Source: a virus. From it: 64,000 bases of DNA. The DNA lies in the IMG/VR virus record IMGVR_UViG_3300036770_008715, positions 1-64,000 of that record; one strand, given 5' to 3'. Positions within the stretch are counted from its first letter, which is position 1, and each line of letters begins with the position of its first letter. Shown here piece after piece: positions 19,570-27,686 of this stretch. Position numbers and translations under genes: made by a program. The notes under the pieces were generated by a model that did no database searches, had not been told where the DNA came from, and saw only the letters and a program-made list of their open reading frames with translations.

Positions 19570-20109
19570 CTAGAATTTAGGTGCGTCCTTGAATAGAATT
19601 CCAGCAGAGTCTTTGGCTGACAGACTATTAGGTTGCATTGGCCATTGTATGTTTAGATCTGGATCATCCCAGCGTATACATACATTATGCTTTGGGCTGT
19701 ACTTCCTGGTACATTTGTAAACTAGATCAGCTGTTTCACTCAGCACCAAGAATCCATGGGCAAATCCTGGCGGTATCCAGAATATGCGTTTGTTATGTTC
19801 TGACAATATTGTGGCAAACCACTTACCATAGCTGCTTGAGTTCTTGCGTAAGTCTACAGCCACATCAAACACTTCGCCGCTGATTACTCGAACCAGTTTG
19901 CCTTGGGTGTATCGAGTCTGATAGTGTAGACCACGGAGAACTCCGCGCTGAGATCGACTTTGATTATCTTGTACAAATACTTTACTGATGCCTACAGCGG
20001 CAAACAGCTCACGATTCCAAGACTCAAAGAAATATCCTCGGTCGTCGCCAAAGACCTTGGGCTCCAGCAGCACTAGATCTTTGACGCCATTTGTGTCAAG
20101 GAAGTTCAT
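19570..20109 (-). CDS. rmlC: dTDP-4-dehydrorhamnose 3,5-epimerase
   Basis: FGDDRGYF, QDNQSRS..GVLRGLHYQ, DVAVDLR, IPPGFAHGF. Confidence 0.96.
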   Translation of the reverse strand: MNFLDTNGVKDLVLLEPKVFGDDRGYFFESWNRELFAAVGISKVFVQDNQSRSQRGVLRGLHYQTRYTQGKLVRVISGEVFDVAVDLRKNSSSYGKWFATILSEHNKRIFWIPPGFAHGFLVLSETADLVYKCTRKYSPKHNVCIRWDDPDLNIQWPMQPNSLSAKDSAGILFKDAPKF

Positions 20110-20309
20110 GACTTCACGCTGGTAACATCGCGGTGGTCAAGGATCACTCGGTCGCGCATGTCGCCGAATACTTCAATCGGTTGATCGAGCACGATATGGT
20201 GAGAAACTCCGCCACCATACTTGACGCGTGACAGCTCAACCTTACCGACGATAGGAAACGTTTCGAGATACGTTCCCGTGATAGTCAGACCTTCAAGATT
20301 CCAGTTCAT
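20106..20309 (-). CDS. Hypothetical protein
   Basis: Likely start MNWNLEG; SRVKYGG motif. Confidence 0.6.
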   Translation of the reverse strand: MNWNLEGLTITGTYLETFPIVGKVELSRVKYGGGVSHHIVLDQPIEVFGDMRDRVILDHRDVTSVKS

Positions 20310-20310
20310 C

Positions 20311-20634
20311 TTACATGCTCCAGTAGAGTTCAGTGCTGGGATCTGCACAACGCGGAGTGTCGTACGGGATCTCAACTTCCTTACCAGTCATGAGATTCTT
20401 GACCTTCTTGGTCTTCGGGCGGACCTGCTTCTCGAGGTCGGCCAGAAACTTCTCACGCTTGCCAGGAGGCAGCATCTCAAGAGCACGCTTGAGCGTAGAC
20501 TCCAGATACCCACACGCATACGCAAATGCCTCTCTGCTGTATGGAAATTTCTCGCTCCCGCTCTCGCGGAGGATACGGGTCACATCACTCACCCGCTCGC
20601 CGACGGGAACCTTGCTAACTTTCACACGAGCCAT
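20311..20634 (-). CDS. Hypothetical early protein
   Basis: C-terminal KNLMTGKEVEIPYDTPRCADPSTELYWSM; downstream of a TATAAT promoter and SD AAGGTG. Confidence 0.7.
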   Translation of the reverse strand: MARVKVSKVPVGERVSDVTRILRESGSEKFPYSREAFAYACGYLESTLKRALEMLPPGKREKFLADLEKQVRPKTKKVKNLMTGKEVEIPYDTPRCADPSTELYWSM

Positions 20635-20671
20635 TTCATTTCACCTTTGTTTCAATCACCTTACAGTTTCC

Positions 20672-20730
20672 ATTATACTGGTATCAGCAGAAAAAAATAT
20701 AACAAAAAACGTAATGAAATCAAAGACTTA
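20672..20730 (-). promoter_or_regulatory. Promoter: IHF-like box 39 nt upstream of a TATAAT -10
   Basis: TAAGTCTTTGATTT-N39-TATAATGG. Same architecture at 32925 and 35230. Confidence 0.7.
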
Positions 20731-20942
20731 CAAAAAGGGCTAGCCAGCAACATCTGAGCTAAGTTACTGATTCATAAGAAGTTTTTTCACAGTAAATCAA
20801 TGACTTAGCAGCAAACCTTTGCCAGTAGACCGTCAGAGCGCAGTAGTCCCCGCACCAGAACCCTCTCTCGAAAAACTCTAATAAAATCAACAACTTAGCA
20901 AACCACACTCAAAACAGAAATTCTAATAAAATCAATGACTTA
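20718..20942. repeat. Array of five AATCA(A/G)NNACTTA boxes (IHF consensus WATCARNNNNTTR)
   Basis: Copies at 20718-30, 20760-72 (inverted), 20795-807, 20885-97 and 20930-42 in the longest non-coding gap. Confidence 0.8.
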
Positions 20943-20946
20943 TGAA

Positions 20947-21023
20947 TGGTGGGACTTGTTGGGCTTGAACCAACGACCATCCGATTATGAGTCGGGTGCT
21001 CTAACCAACTGAGCTAAAGTCCC
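20947..21023 (-). tRNA. tRNA with CAT anticodon, most likely Ile2 (lysidine-modified, reads AUA)
   Basis: GGGACTTTAGCTCAGTTGGTTAGAGCACCCGACTCATAATCGGATGGTCGTTGGTTCAAGCCCAACAAGTCCCACCA. Close to the enterobacterial ileX pattern; paired G1-C72. Confidence 0.88.
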
Positions 21024-21028
21024 AATGA

Positions 21029-21325
21029 TCAGTGAAAGTCGAACTGCAATCCAATAATGGTTGTTACAATAACAACAATAGAAGGAACAATAAAATCGAG
21101 CAATCCGTCTTTATTCCATTTCAGTGGATTAAGTTGCCACTCTTTTGGTTTTAGATCTTTGATTGATCGACCATTAGCATACTTGTATTGCGCTTGTGCA
21201 TTTTCTCGTCCATAAAAAAGTCCAATTGCAAGAGCTGCCCCAAGAGCAAGATCTTTAGTTATTACAAAAACAATTGCTTGAATGACTAGTGCTTGAATAC
21301 CATGCAACAGTGCCGTCTTAATCAT
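21029..21325 (-). CDS. Small membrane protein
   Basis: Three hydrophobic segments; GLFYGRE..QAQ..LLDF..P. Confidence 0.65.
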   Translation of the reverse strand: MIKTALLHGIQALVIQAIVFVITKDLALGAALAIGLFYGRENAQAQYKYANGRSIKDLKPKEWQLNPLKWNKDGLLDFIVPSIVVIVTTIIGLQFDFH

Positions 21326-21337
21326 TTTAATTCCTCT

Positions 21338-21880
21338 TTAGTCCCAAAGATTGGAATAGTATTTGCCGAACAAATCAAATCCTTCTTGCATTCTCTCGCG
21401 ATGTTTCAGATATCCTTCATAATCAAAAACATGAGTGTCTTTTGGGCCACGCTTCAACTCAAACAACTCAGCATCCTTCTCTGGCACTTCGTTGCCATTT
21501 TTGTCGACAGGAACATGAATGACATCATGCTCGCCCGAGTGAAACTGGTCTTCCCAATCGCCGTTGTTTTCAACAAGCTGGGAGAATGACCAGATCATTT
21601 TGTCGAGAGTATCCATCCACTGCTGATGACCAGCATCCCATGCCGTAGCATCTTCTTCAGCATAAAAAGGAAATGCTAACTGAATAGAGTCTGAGGTTTG
21701 TCGGAAAGCAGGCATATCACTAGGTGCGCCGTGTGTTGTAGCTTTCAACTGCTTGAGCATCGGATAGATGATAAATGCCAATGTAGAATCCATTGACCAA
21801 GTATCCCACTTATCAATGCGAACTCTGATCTTGCGTTCCTTGTCAGGATTCTTAGGATAACTACCGATATAGGCTTTCAT
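21338..21880 (-). CDS. Conserved hypothetical phage protein
   Basis: IDKWDTWSMDSTLA.II.PMLKQLK...HGAP...LFGKYY..LWD. Confidence 0.75.
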   Translation of the reverse strand: MKAYIGSYPKNPDKERKIRVRIDKWDTWSMDSTLAFIIYPMLKQLKATTHGAPSDMPAFRQTSDSIQLAFPFYAEEDATAWDAGHQQWMDTLDKMIWSFSQLVENNGDWEDQFHSGEHDVIHVPVDKNGNEVPEKDAELFELKRGPKDTHVFDYEGYLKHRERMQEGFDLFGKYYSNLWD

Positions 21881-22346
21881 ACACTTGCTCCATAGTATCT
21901 TTCAGATTTTGATGAAGGATTGCCTTTCCGCCAGCTTCTTCAAATTCTATTACGTTTCTATATGTGTCGTCAATTAAAAGATGATGTTCATGGGCAAAGT
22001 CTTTTTTGTATCTTTTACCAGGAACAATGTTAACTGGTATATGGATGTTATTGTTTCGAAGCCAGCTAGTTTTATGTTCAGTGATTTCATCATAGAAAAG
22101 TTCGCCGCCGCTTGATGAAAGAATCTCTATTGGAATTCTGAAAGAACTGAGAAACTGATACAGTTCTTTGCCTTCATGGAACCACTCTAGAGTTTCAAAG
22201 TGGCGGCCCTTAACAAACATTTCCCAGAACTCTGACTTTGTAAACGTTCCTTGAACTTGCCCTGGAGGAACACCATGCAACTCAATGAAACGTTTATCAA
22301 AGTCAGCTATCACACCATCCATATCAAGATATATTTTCTTCACCAT
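21861..22346 (-). CDS. HAD-family 5'(3')-deoxyribonucleotidase
   Basis: IYLDMDGVIADF motif I; LLIDDT motif IV. Confidence 0.85.
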   Translation of the reverse strand: MVKKIYLDMDGVIADFDKRFIELHGVPPGQVQGTFTKSEFWEMFVKGRHFETLEWFHEGKELYQFLSSFRIPIEILSSSGGELFYDEITEHKTSWLRNNNIHIPVNIVPGKRYKKDFAHEHHLLIDDTYRNVIEFEEAGGKAILHQNLKDTMEQVYESLYR

Positions 22347-22620
22347 ACCGTTCTCTGTATTTTACATCAGACCTTTGTTCTTGGATAGTCTTTTCGTTAA
22401 AGAATTTTCTTGGATTACCACACATATGACAAGAACAAAGTTTACCATGATTAGTCATCATACCAGTAGCCTTTCTTATCCAGTCATATCTCTCACTTAA
22501 TTGTAACTCATTCGATAGTCTGTTAGCAACTTTTTTCCACTTATTTTTACTGCGTATTTTTTGTTGAAATCTCCGTTGACGTTTCAGTTTGGGATTGATC
22601 AGTTCTTGCTCTTCGATCAT
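22324..22620 (-). CDS. Hypothetical basic protein with a CxCxxC motif
   Basis: CSCHMCGNPRK...TIQEQR. Confidence 0.65.
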   Translation of the reverse strand: MIEEQELINPKLKRQRRFQQKIRSKNKWKKVANRLSNELQLSERYDWIRKATGMMTNHGKLCSCHMCGNPRKFFNEKTIQEQRSDVKYRERYGEENIS

Positions 22621-23092
22621 TTAACCACCTTTCATTTGAAATTACAGTAAGACCCCCCTTGAGCAGTAAGGATATCCCATCGTTCTTCCGATAGTCAAGA
22701 TCATAGTATACTGCATCAATTCCACTTTGCAGGATTGCCTTAGCGCACTCAATGCATGGAGAGTGAGTTAGAAACATTGTGGCTCCTTCTGTTGAATCGT
22801 GACTTCTTGATACCTTTAAGATTGCGTTCATCTCAGCATGAATGACTTCTGGTTTGGTAACTAATGTTTCAGGCCATTCAATATAACTCCTGGAATCCAG
22901 ATCTACCTCAGTTCCTGCAGGTATCAGAGTTTCGCAGTCGTTGTCAAACCCAGAAGGAGTGCCGTTGAAACCATAAGATAGGATGCGGTGATCTTTTACA
23001 ATCACCGCACCTACCTGGAGCCTTCTGGCTCTTGAGAGTTTTGCAACTCTCCTGGCTACATCAAAATAAAAATCGACAAATCGATTATTCAC
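22547..23092 (-). CDS. cd: dCMP deaminase
   Basis: VGAVIVKD, GFNGTPSG, HAEMNA, SPCIECAK zinc motifs. Confidence 0.93.
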   Translation of the reverse strand: MNNRFVDFYFDVARRVAKLSRARRLQVGAVIVKDHRILSYGFNGTPSGFDNDCETLIPAGTEVDLDSRSYIEWPETLVTKPEVIHAEMNAILKVSRSHDSTEGATMFLTHSPCIECAKAILQSGIDAVYYDLDYRKNDGISLLLKGGLTVISNERWLNDRRARTDQSQTETSTEISTKNTQ

Positions 23093-23549
23093 GTGATAGT
23101 AACTTTGGCGTTTGGATTGGGATCACTCGTGGCTTGTGCTGCTCTGGGATAACGTTCTCAAGTTGAATTGAGAGGACGCCATCTTCCAATTCAGCACCAT
23201 GCACCACCACACTATCGGCTAGGATAAACGATCGAGTAAATGATCGAGCAGCAATACCTTGCATTAGGTATCGGCGCTTCTCATTCTCTTCTTTTTTCCC
23301 AAAGACCTTTAGTGAGTTCTTCTCAACTTTGATTTCAATTTCTTCCTTGCGGAATCCTGATACTGCAAGCTCAATGATATACTTGTTTTCATCTTCTTCA
23401 TCACGAATGATGTTCACAGGAGGATAAGAAGATGTTTGGACTTGGGCTGTTTCAGCAGCTCGATGTAGGTGATCAATTAGGCTGTCATAGCCTAGTGTGC
23501 TTGCAAAGAAACGGTCGTAATTGAAAAGTGATGCGGCTCTGTTCGTCAT
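23085..23549 (-). CDS. hsp20: Small heat-shock protein Hsp20 (IbpA-like)
   Basis: YPPVNI, IELAVSGF, GIAARSFTRSF, AELEDGVL, IPEQHKPRVIPI. Confidence 0.95.
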   Translation of the reverse strand: MTNRAASLFNYDRFFASTLGYDSLIDHLHRAAETAQVQTSSYPPVNIIRDEEDENKYIIELAVSGFRKEEIEIKVEKNSLKVFGKKEENEKRRYLMQGIAARSFTRSFILADSVVVHGAELEDGVLSIQLENVIPEQHKPRVIPIQTPKLLSRE

Positions 23550-23555
23550 TTGGAA

Positions 23556-23613
23556 CTCCTTAAATAAGCAAGTTAATTAATATGGACCCCGAAGGCATCC
23601 GATATTATTTATA
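23556..23613 (-). promoter_or_regulatory. Late promoter plus ROSE-like structured 5' UTR of hsp20
   Basis: TATAAATA (23606-13), hairpin GGATGCC-TTCG-GGGTCC, then CTTGCTT-ATTT-AAGGAG pairing over the SD. Confidence 0.7.
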
Positions 23614-24018
23614 TCAAGATTCGACTTTTTTCTTCTTACCAATATTATATTTTGATACTAAAGTCCAATCATTCTTATCTTTGTGAGCCAACACTTTAAT
23701 CTGCCCCATCGGAACAATAGGATCAGCAGTCTTACTCTTATCAACAATCTTCACCAATCCCCACTCAGCGATTAGATTGGTAATCGTATTGCGGCGAGCA
23801 ATATCGTTTTCGCTGATGCTGGCAGGTTTACCATCAAGAGCGAACAGCTCTTTGAAGTGCACGATATAGTATTTGCCTTGTTTGTGGAGGATGTGGCAAG
23901 ATTGATAAAGAACGTTTTGGTTCTTTGCAGCTACACCAATTCTGGTTAGCGTTTCGCGAACTTTCAGAAAGTCATTTCTTTCTTCTAGTTGCACTTCGAC
24001 AAGATTTTCGATGCCCAT
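23614..24018 (-). CDS. regA: Translational repressor RegA
   Basis: DFLKVRETLTRIGVA, LYQSCHILHKQGKYYIVHFKELF. Confidence 0.97.
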   Translation of the reverse strand: MGIENLVEVQLEERNDFLKVRETLTRIGVAAKNQNVLYQSCHILHKQGKYYIVHFKELFALDGKPASISENDIARRNTITNLIAEWGLVKIVDKSKTADPIVPMGQIKVLAHKDKNDWTLVSKYNIGKKKKVES

Positions 24019-24019
24019 G

Positions 24020-24400
24020 TTAACCACCTTTATATGTTTTTTTCTTCAACTCGCTAATATCTTCATCGCTAAGAATACTGAGAGCTTCAAGTGCCTTGGC
24101 ATCGGAGTAGCCATAGTATTCTTTAACAACCTGCAAATCAGCGGCTTCGACCTTCTTGTGCCATTTAGCAAATGGACGTTTAAAAGGCTTAATGATATTT
24201 AGGCAAAAATCATAGTGGAGTTTATTGTCTAGGTTTGGATACAGATTGAGTTCATTTGCAACCAGAACTGTATCTTGATAGTTAGACAAGGCTCGCCCGA
24301 CCATGAACTTAGGATAGGACTTCTCATCCTGTTCGGTCAGAAGAACGTTTTCCTTCTTTTGCAGAATGCTCGGTATGATTTCTTTAAAGAGGTCGGCCAT
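24020..24400 (-). CDS. 62: Clamp loader small subunit gp62
   Basis: YPKFMVGRALS, VKEYYGYS..KA; between 44 and regA. Confidence 0.93.
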   Translation of the reverse strand: MADLFKEIIPSILQKKENVLLTEQDEKSYPKFMVGRALSNYQDTVLVANELNLYPNLDNKLHYDFCLNIIKPFKRPFAKWHKKVEAADLQVVKEYYGYSDAKALEALSILSDEDISELKKKTYKGG

Positions 24401-25332
24401 TATGAGAATCCACATTCAACCATGATTTCAGTCAAACAGGCAACCATGTTTAGTTCTTGATCGGCAACAAACGCAGCCTGATATTGATACTTGGCCAGAA
24501 TCAAAACCAGAGGAGCAATGCTATCGTGGTCAAGAATATCATACATGTTATCATAGAGCTTGCGGAATACCACAGTTGGATCGTCTCCATTTTCTGCAGC
24601 CCACTTGCGCACTCCACCAAAGTTTTTTTCTTTCAGCGCAGAAACCAACTCAGCAATTGAAAGATCAGCCACATGAGAAAGAATACCAACGTCGATCTTT
24701 CCTGTTGCAGAATACCGCTGAAGCTCATTAAGAACTCGACGATAGTCTGGGAAATACTTTTTGATAACTTCAGCCAGAACAGGCACTTCAAACGGAACGC
24801 TCTCTTGCTTGAGAATTTCCATCGCTCTCTTCATAAACTGCTTGGCCATTGCTGGCTTATCATCCTTGCGCAGTTTAAACTCAACAACAGCACAGCGAGA
24901 ATGCAGAGGTTCGATGATTCGATTCTTATAATTGCAAGTCATAATGAACGTGCAGTTATGAGCAAACTCTTCCATCGCGCTACGCATAGCTGGCTGAGTT
25001 GAGTTTGGATTCAGGTAGTCAGCTTCGTCAATGATGATAACTTTCTTACCACCACCAAATGACATTGTTGACGCATAGCTTTTGATCTTCATTCGGAACG
25101 TGTCAATACCAGACTCGTCCGAACCATTGATCATCAGATAATCACAACCAACTTCCTCGCAGAGTGCTTTGGCAATTGTAGTCTTACCTACGCCTGCTGT
25201 GCCGCAGAGAAGAAGGTTTGGAATATCTTTTCGATCGACGTATTTTTGAAAAGTGTTTTTTAGGTTTTCAGGCAGAATGCAATCTTCAACAGTCTTTGGT
25301 CGATACTTCTCGACCCATAGCGATTCGCTCAT
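24400..25332 (-). CDS. 44: Clamp loader ATPase gp44
   Basis: LWVEKYRP, GTAGVGKTT, IIDEAD, PLHSRC. Confidence 0.97.
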   Translation of the reverse strand: MSESLWVEKYRPKTVEDCILPENLKNTFQKYVDRKDIPNLLLCGTAGVGKTTIAKALCEEVGCDYLMINGSDESGIDTFRMKIKSYASTMSFGGGKKVIIIDEADYLNPNSTQPAMRSAMEEFAHNCTFIMTCNYKNRIIEPLHSRCAVVEFKLRKDDKPAMAKQFMKRAMEILKQESVPFEVPVLAEVIKKYFPDYRRVLNELQRYSATGKIDVGILSHVADLSIAELVSALKEKNFGGVRKWAAENGDDPTVVFRKLYDNMYDILDHDSIAPLVLILAKYQYQAAFVADQELNMVACLTEIMVECGFS

Positions 25333-25337
25333 ATATA

Positions 25338-25994
25338 TCACCCCACATCATCAAAAAGTTCAAGTATATTGATTGCGTTCTTCACGTCTTCTCTGTTCTT
25401 TTTCTCCTGTACATTAGTGGTTGCATTTTTCAGATTAACGACGGAATTACCATATTGCCTTCTTAGCATTTTGATTATATGGTTTTCAGTCTTCCTCAAT
25501 ACTTCTTCGAAACTTCCTGGTTGAATTCGTTCAATCTGTTCAAAACTCTTAGTCATCCAATCTGGAAATAGATAAGCAGAAACTTTTAGGTGTTGAAAAT
25601 TTAAACCGAATAGTTCTTGATATAATCTGATATGATTATAATGCCCCAGTTTTTGATGTTCATCTCTGATACCAACCAGATCTCTACAATTTCTAGCAAT
25701 TCTATCAGAAATTTCTCGAGAAGATCCAACATAAATCCATTTTGGAATTTCAATGCCATTGGTATTCATTAAGATATAAATGCCAGGGCGATTGGCAGTT
25801 TTAAACCCAAACTGTTCTGCATGAATATTAAAAGTAGATCTCAAATATTCACTATTTACACTACCATCTTCTCTTCTTATATTTGGCAACGACATTAAGT
25901 TTGAGTCGTTCGAGAGAAACTCCCAACTCAAACTCAGGAGCAAGTCTTGCATATTATACTTTAGGATTGGTTCACCGCACAAATTAATATTCAT
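25338..25994 (-). CDS. GIY-YIG-family endonuclease-like protein
   Basis: PGIYIL-x12-YVGSS..I..R, with a later conserved E (TENHII) and N. AT-rich and inserted between dsbA and 44. Confidence 0.65.
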   Translation of the reverse strand: MNINLCGEPILKYNMQDLLLSLSWEFLSNDSNLMSLPNIRREDGSVNSEYLRSTFNIHAEQFGFKTANRPGIYILMNTNGIEIPKWIYVGSSREISDRIARNCRDLVGIRDEHQKLGHYNHIRLYQELFGLNFQHLKVSAYLFPDWMTKSFEQIERIQPGSFEEVLRKTENHIIKMLRRQYGNSVVNLKNATTNVQEKKNREDVKNAINILELFDDVG

Positions 25995-26018
25995 AATATA
26001 TCCATAGTATAGTGAGAG

Positions 26019-26088
26019 ATGGGGATGGGAGGGTGAATTCCTCGGCGAGCAGTCTGGTTCTTACCGATGCCTTGCGACACATCCCCAT
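26019..26088 (-). ncRNA. Candidate structured RNA (multi-branch), function unknown
   Basis: Outer stem ATGGGGATG/CATCCCCAT encloses TGTC-GCAA-GGCA, TCGGT/GCCGA and GGA/TCC helices. GC-rich island in an AT-rich gap. Confidence 0.5.
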
Positions 26089-26093
26089 AGTAT

Positions 26094-26345
26094 TTAGCCA
26101 ACTACATCTTCATATGTTTCCTGCAGTTCTTGCATTGCTGCAGTTTCTTCGGCAATATTGCGCTTATGGTAAACTCGGGCAAGTTTGCGCGAAAGCTTCT
26201 TTGGCATCTCAAACTCTTCTTCCATTCGATCAAGAATAGCTTTGATATTATCGCGCTCTGCCTCAATGCGAGTATAAGAGTTTGAGATCTCCTGCAAGCA
26301 GTTCTTGATGTCAGCCTTTTCTTTCGGGCTAAATGTGCGAATCAT
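26094..26345 (-). CDS. dsDNA-binding protein (T4 DsbA-like)
   Basis: EISNSYTRIEAERD.IK...KKLSRKLARVYHK helical pattern. Confidence 0.7.
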   Translation of the reverse strand: MIRTFSPKEKADIKNCLQEISNSYTRIEAERDNIKAILDRMEEEFEMPKKLSRKLARVYHKRNIAEETAAMQELQETYEDVVG

Positions 26346-26353
26346 ATTTCACC

Positions 26354-27031
26354 TCAACCAAAAGTGGATTGCAAAGATTCAATAGCAATGTAATAAACAA
26401 CTTTCTTGTTCTTATTAGTGAACTTAGCAAGACCTTTCTTAGCAATATCAATTTGATAGTCGCCATCAAGCATCTTGAAGTATTCTACCTTCATCACAAT
26501 TTCAAAAGTAGCACCGTCTCCATCACCAATAGTTGTGCTAGAAACGTCAGAGGAGTCATCTTTAATATCAGTTGATACAAACTGAATTTTCTTACCATCA
26601 CTTCTGAATACAAAGTTTGGTGAACCAGAAATTCCTGCGCTCTTACGTTGCCAGTCAAGATCTTTCTGCGTTAGTTCGAATGAATAGTCAGGATGATCAA
26701 CGGCAAGAGATTTAGTAGCAGGAATAGTTGTAATCAACGTTGGCGAACAATAGCGAATGTAATCAGAACGCTTCTTATCGCTTGATACAAATACAACTCG
26801 ATCTTCTTGGAAATCTAGCTCACAATCACCATACAATGAATGCTTGGCAAGAAACTTGTTTAGATCATAGATGGCAAAGTCTTTTGGGAATTTCTCCTCG
26901 ACCGTTGCCATACCAAGAACAGTCTTGATATTAGACACAGTACCAACTGAAGAACCAGCCTTTACGCTGATGCCCTGATTGATTGTGGAGAAGTTCTTGA
27001 GAATCTCAAGAGTGTTAGCACTTAGTTTCAT
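26354..27031 (-). CDS. 45: Sliding clamp gp45
   Basis: MKLSANTLEILKNFSTINQ, FAIYDLNKFL, YYIAIE. Confidence 0.96.
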   Translation of the reverse strand: MKLSANTLEILKNFSTINQGISVKAGSSVGTVSNIKTVLGMATVEEKFPKDFAIYDLNKFLAKHSLYGDCELDFQEDRVVFVSSDKKRSDYIRYCSPTLITTIPATKSLAVDHPDYSFELTQKDLDWQRKSAGISGSPNFVFRSDGKKIQFVSTDIKDDSSDVSSTTIGDGDGATFEIVMKVEYFKMLDGDYQIDIAKKGLAKFTNKNKKVVYYIAIESLQSTFG

Positions 27032-27672
27032 GATAGCCTCACTTTGTGGTCAAGTTCATAATTGAAGGATTCATACATTTCAAAGACATCGTCTTTAAGC
27101 ACATCTAAAGTATAATCGTTTTTTATTGTAAAGTCAACTAAATCCATAAATTGTACCCAAGAATATTCACTAGGATGAACTTCTGGATATTTTTCAGCCA
27201 TTACAACTGATGCATTTTGCTTTCTGGCAACATCAAACCATTCAGGTGAATCTCCTCTGGAAACCCAGACGATGAATCCGCCCAACTCTTTTATTCTTAC
27301 CATTTCATTAGGAAAGCGCACATCAGCAATGACATAGTTCTCTTCTGGATTGACTCGTTTCATCAATGAGAGAATCCACAAGTCTGGATGGAAAATATCA
27401 CGACCAGCCTCAGTACCAATCCATTGTAATGCTTGGCGCGGAGTGAAAGAGTAGCCAAACTTCTCACTCCACCAAGCGTCAGGCTTTTCGCGCCACTCTC
27501 GAGATTCTTTGGTTTCACCCTCAAGCATCTCGCGGTTCCATCCGAAGATCACTGCCGCAGCATCCTTTACACCAGCCGCAAAACTTTCTTTCCGAAAGTT
27601 ATAGTTGCCACTAAGGATGTCTGCGACAGTGCCCTTTCCCGAACCAATTAATCCAACAAGACCAATAATCAT
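27028..27672 (-). CDS. 1: Deoxynucleoside monophosphate kinase (T4 gp1-like)
   Basis: GLIGSGKGT, TPRQALQWIGTE, IADVRFPNE, H.SE. Confidence 0.92.
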   Translation of the reverse strand: MIIGLVGLIGSGKGTVADILSGNYNFRKESFAAGVKDAAAVIFGWNREMLEGETKESREWREKPDAWWSEKFGYSFTPRQALQWIGTEAGRDIFHPDLWILSLMKRVNPEENYVIADVRFPNEMVRIKELGGFIVWVSRGDSPEWFDVARKQNASVVMAEKYPEVHPSEYSWVQFMDLVDFTIKNDYTLDVLKDDVFEMYESFNYELDHKVRLS

Positions 27673-27686
27673 AATATAATCTCCTG

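Noticed and set aside
20718-20942. Possible CRISPR array
   Set aside because: The repeats are only 13-20 nt, degenerate, irregularly spaced and one is inverted; no cas genes are present.
10246-21023. tRNAs as prophage attachment sites or host genome
   Set aside because: No integrase, no duplicated tRNA 3' ends and no host housekeeping context; the tRNAs are co-oriented within phage operons.
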